From an uncultured archaeon (GTDB lineage Archaea; Aenigmatarchaeota; Aenigmatarchaeia; GW2011-AR5), in assembly GCA_964373695.1 (NCBI GenBank), contig CAYJVT010000019.1:1-15571 (forward strand): 15,571 nt of DNA, written 5' to 3'. A program made the translations under genes and the position numbers. Below, piece after piece: positions 12,301-15,571 of this stretch (within the stretch, counting starts at the first letter, position 1; the number at the start of each line of letters is the position of its first letter). The notes under the pieces are model-generated. The model saw nothing but the letters and a program-made list of their open reading frames with translations, did not search any database and was not told the origin of the DNA.

Positions 12301-13340
12301 TTTCTCATCTGCTCCTGCAATGCCTGCGTCGGCTTCTCATATACATACTTGAACATGTCTTCTTTCACGGGAACAGGCATATCCTCGAACGCCTTTACCG
12401 CTGCCTGCACGCGCTCCGTCGCGTTCTTTGTGAGCTTCTTTTCCGAGTCGGCGTTCCATACCTTCCTCTTTTCCATATACTTGCGCAGCCTCTCTATCGG
12501 CTCTCTTTTTTTCCATTCTTCCAGCTCTTTCTCGCTTCTGTATTTTTTCGCGTCGTCCGCCGTGGTATGGTCCCCCAGCCTGTAAGTGAGGCACTCTATC
12601 AGTGTTGGCCCGTTTCCGGCGCTCGCTTTCTCCAGCGCGTCGAGCGTTGCCTTGTATACCGCGAATATGTCGTTCCCGTCCACCTGGACGCCCTCAAACC
12701 CGAAAGCCACGGCCTTCTGCGCTATCGTCCCGGCTGCAGTCTGCTTCTTCACCGGCATGGAAATAGCCCACTGGTTGTTCTGGCATATGAAGACGACAGG
12801 CGCCATGAATACGCCGGCGAAATTCATCGCCTCCAGGGTGTCGCCTTCGGAAGTAGCGCCGTCGCTGAAATAAGCTATAGTCGAGTATTTCTCTTTCTTC
12901 ATCCTGGCCGCCATGGCGAAGCCGACGGCATGGAGCGGCTGGGTGCCCACCGGAATCGAAACGGAGAAGCAATTGATGCCCGGGGGTATGTGATTTCCCC
13001 TCTCGTCGCCGGCCCAGTATGCGTACATGAGGTGCATCGGCATCCCCCTCGTGAGATAGGCGGCTCCTTCCCTGAACGCCGGGAACATCCAGTCATCCTT
13101 CCGCATCGCATATGCGGAGCCGACTTGCGCCGCTTCCTGCCCGAGTATGGAGGCATAAGTGCCTATTCGTCCCTCACGCTGAAGCTTGAGCGCATTGGCA
13201 TCGAATATGCGGGCCGTGACCATGAATTCATACATTTTTTTCGCGTCTTCATCCTTCACAGGAGGCGTGCTGCACTTTCCCGTCTCGTCAAGCAGCTGGA
13301 GCTTGCGGACGCTGAAAGACATCTTCTCGTCGTATGCCAT
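12297..13340 (-). CDS. pdhA: 2-oxoacid (pyruvate) dehydrogenase E1 alpha subunit
   Basis: QREGRIGTY, GQEAAQVG, the ThDP-binding (S)DGATSEGD...NN motif and TYRLGDHTTADD. Substrate specificity (pyruvate versus branched-chain) cannot be fixed from sequence alone. Confidence 0.94.
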   Translation of the reverse strand: MAYDEKMSFSVRKLQLLDETGKCSTPPVKDEDAKKMYEFMVTARIFDANALKLQREGRIGTYASILGQEAAQVGSAYAMRKDDWMFPAFREGAAYLTRGMPMHLMYAYWAGDERGNHIPPGINCFSVSIPVGTQPLHAVGFAMAARMKKEKYSTIAYFSDGATSEGDTLEAMNFAGVFMAPVVFICQNNQWAISMPVKKQTAAGTIAQKAVAFGFEGVQVDGNDIFAVYKATLDALEKASAGNGPTLIECLTYRLGDHTTADDAKKYRSEKELEEWKKREPIERLRKYMEKRKVWNADSEKKLTKNATERVQAAVKAFEDMPVPVKEDMFKYVYEKPTQALQEQMRK

Positions 13341-13410
13341 AAGAATAGTATCCGGCCGGCGGTAAAAAAAGGTTTTTCATGGATATATATGGGGAAAATA
13401 ACAATTAATT

Positions 13411-15504
13411 ATGAATGCCGCTGGAAAAGAGCTTTTGGCAGTAATCCTTCTTGTGCTATTCGCATTTTTTATCTCGTCGTATTCGGAATTCATAAAGACG
13501 GGAAATGCCATATCGCGCGATAGCGGATTGCCTTCATGGGCCCAGTCATGGGCGGGCGTGCCTCACGATGTCCAGACAGGAGACACACTCGTTGCTGCAT
13601 CGATTAGAAACAGCAGGCTGACAGTAAACGCCAAAGGGGACTATATATGGCGGACAGGATACTTGTGGAATGCGGGAACAAGAAGCTGGAAGCGTTTCAC
13701 GTTTCCCCAGGAAAGCCAGTATAGTGGTTGGGCAAGCGGCAGTGCAAGAACTGAAATTCCTCTGGCAGAACAGGACATCATAAACGGCGAAAATTATGTT
13801 CTTGCGTATACGTGCAGCTGGAAAAATGAAAGATGGTATTGCGGATGTCTCAATGAAAATACCTGCGGAAGATGGCAGCTGCAGACTTTCACCGCGCGGA
13901 AGTTCGACAGCAGCGTGCAGGAGGACATGTCGCAGCTTATAGGAAATCCTGAGGCTGTGCCTAGACTTAATCTTGCTGAAGTGATTGTGAGAACCCATGG
14001 ATATGCTGATGAACCCAAAGCCGACTTCAATTCTGATGACATCATAGATTTTGAAGATTTCTTCATGTTTGCAGACGCTTTCGGCACGGCCGACAGAAAA
14101 TTTGATTTGAGCGGCAACGGCATGGTTGATTATGATGATTTCTTCATATTCGCGGACAATTTCGGGAAGACAACCAGTGATTTTCATCTGGAAAAAATAG
14201 AATACGTCAAAGATGTGCGCAAGATAAATATATGCGTTCAATATATCGGAAACAATACCGAATCTATTGAAGACCGCACTTATCCTTATCAGGCGGAAGT
14301 AAGAATTCCCGGAACGAGTTATTTTAAAGTCAAGGAAAGCGCAGTGCGCAGACTGATGAACGAGGACTGCAAGTATCCCTTGGTTGATGGGCCTCTTTCA
14401 CAGGACCAGTTTTCGGAGATATCAGCCAGATATCCGGACGGGGACGTGCCGGTAGAAATCAGCCTCAGGATTCCGGGAATTTTCGGCGAGGATTGGGTAT
14501 GGCAAAAGTTCGGAAAGATGAAAATTCCGGTTGTCAGGTTAAGGTTATATGCAGATAATTACGAATACAAAATCGGGATTGTCCAGTCAGTTGCCCCCGG
14601 ATTTGACCTTTCGAGAAAAAAAGTATGTCTATATAGAGATGAAAATGGTCATTATGGACCAATAGGCAACGGGAATGACGAGAATTGCAGAAGATGGGGA
14701 GCCGATGTTTCATACAATATTGCGGATCTTATATTCTCGGACAATCCTTACACTACAATCAGCAACATGGGTGATGCTGGGGCTTCCAGAAATGTCTATT
14801 CTTTGAAGCATCTGGGAAAATTCTGGGAGAATTTGCTGAAAAAACACGGGATAACGGATACGGTGCTGAAGAAAAACCCAAGATTTTCGGTGACATTTCT
14901 GCCCATGATGGAAAAGGAAAATACTTTTGGAAGCAGCGATGTTGCGCCTTTCGAGGAGTTTTTTGATGACTCTGTAAGGGAAGCCGGACTAAACCTGGAT
15001 GAGTTTGATTTTATCGTCTACATAAGATATTATTCCCCTGAAACAGAAATAGGATTCAGGTCGTTTGCACTAACAAAGGAAGCTTACGTGTCATTCAGAC
15101 TATCATCCGAAGATATTGTTAAAAATAGGGAATTTATAACGACTGCGCATGAGTTAGGGCACATAATGTTTGATCTCGCAGATTTGTATGACGGATTCGG
15201 AATACAGTATCCCGAGGGAGTTCCGGACCCAGTTCGCTTTCCGCAGACAAAGGCGTGCCTTATGGCACAAACCTTCGGGCTCAAAAAGATAAGCGATACC
15301 CTTGTTCAGCAGTATATATACAGCTACAACCCCGAGGATTATGTATTGTGCGTCGACGACATAGTCGGGATTGTAGGGGCGGAAAACCCAGCCTGCCCGG
15401 TGTCGGACTTCTATTCTGCAAGATGCGGCCAATACTGCACATCTCTCAATTACCTGAGCTGCAGTAAAGGTACTATTGCCCGGATGGTAGAAAAAGATTA
15501 TTAG
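13411..15504 (+). CDS. Large secreted multidomain protein: Trp/Cys-rich N-terminal domain, dockerin/EF-hand-like repeat and zinc-metallopeptidase-like domain
   Basis: Signal/TM segment then TGNAI. ADFNSDDIIDFEDFFMFADAFG...FDLSGNGMVDYDDFFIFADNFG (aa 204-252). HELGHIMFDLADLY (H580 onward), a candidate Met-turn CLM (M618) and a Cys-rich tail. Confidence 0.85.
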   Translation: MNAAGKELLAVILLVLFAFFISSYSEFIKTGNAISRDSGLPSWAQSWAGVPHDVQTGDTLVAASIRNSRLTVNAKGDYIWRTGYLWNAGTRSWKRFTFPQESQYSGWASGSARTEIPLAEQDIINGENYVLAYTCSWKNERWYCGCLNENTCGRWQLQTFTARKFDSSVQEDMSQLIGNPEAVPRLNLAEVIVRTHGYADEPKADFNSDDIIDFEDFFMFADAFGTADRKFDLSGNGMVDYDDFFIFADNFGKTTSDFHLEKIEYVKDVRKINICVQYIGNNTESIEDRTYPYQAEVRIPGTSYFKVKESAVRRLMNEDCKYPLVDGPLSQDQFSEISARYPDGDVPVEISLRIPGIFGEDWVWQKFGKMKIPVVRLRLYADNYEYKIGIVQSVAPGFDLSRKKVCLYRDENGHYGPIGNGNDENCRRWGADVSYNIADLIFSDNPYTTISNMGDAGASRNVYSLKHLGKFWENLLKKHGITDTVLKKNPRFSVTFLPMMEKENTFGSSDVAPFEEFFDDSVREAGLNLDEFDFIVYIRYYSPETEIGFRSFALTKEAYVSFRLSSEDIVKNREFITTAHELGHIMFDLADLYDGFGIQYPEGVPDPVRFPQTKACLMAQTFGLKKISDTLVQQYIYSYNPEDYVLCVDDIVGIVGAENPACPVSDFYSARCGQYCTSLNYLSCSKGTIARMVEKDY

Positions 15505-15517
15505 TCGTAATTAATAT

Positions 15518-15571
15518 TCAGAATTCAAAAATTCTTGAGCCCTCGTCTCCGTACAGTTTCTCGTTGAAGAA
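15518..15571 (-). CDS. Possible 3' end of a gene entering from beyond the window (...FFNEKLYGDEGSRIFEF*)
   Basis: Open minus-strand frame from the window edge to TGA at 15520-15518, convergent on the 15504 stop. Only 17 codons are visible. Confidence 0.35.
   Translation of the reverse strand, partial: FFNEKLYGDEGSRIFEF

Noticed and set aside
9607-13523. Long plus-strand ORFs antisense to the pdh genes and the split membrane gene (e.g. 9986..10519, 11977..12585, 12567..13523)
   Set aside because: They are shadow frames of GC-rich coding sequence on the opposite strand, with no recognisable motifs or RBS.
1-15571. CRISPR array, tRNA/rRNA, transposase or integrase
   Set aside because: By eye I found no regularly spaced direct repeats, cloverleaf or rRNA-like segments, terminal inverted repeats with target duplications, or recombinase motifs. 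A covariance-model scan was not run.

Overview
Archaeal-looking window, most consistent with a DPANN-type genome. This is inferred from GGTGA/GGAGG ribosome-binding motifs, BRE/TATA-like promoters placed for leaderless starts, and a signal peptide followed by a 'TGNAI' motif. There are three blocks. (1) 1-6858 is a dense, mostly co-directional cluster of small exported and membrane proteins, nearly all carrying Cys/His/Met metal- or redox-type motifs. It includes a triple thioredoxin-like CxxC repeat fused to a cupredoxin, a Met-rich EF-hand/CxxC protein, two paralogous HxH-domain proteins (one with a C2H2 finger), CxxC membrane proteins and an HxlR-family regulator. Three elements here are missed by the ORF track: a 44-aa, 8-Cys metallothionein-like ORF divergent from the regulator, a 12-aa peptide ending GGCC, and a MerT/MerF-like gene frameshifted by a perfect 13-1-13 palindrome. 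(2) 6861-10038 holds hypothetical, PLDc_N and stand-alone ATP-cone genes plus a membrane gene split by an in-frame TGA. (3) 10085-15504 holds a pdhA-pdhB-pdhC 2-oxoacid dehydrogenase operon with no adjacent E3, and a divergent large secreted zinc-metallopeptidase-like protein with a dockerin-like repeat. I could not support any tRNA, rRNA, CRISPR array or transposase. All family assignments come from motif recognition by eye; no database search was run.
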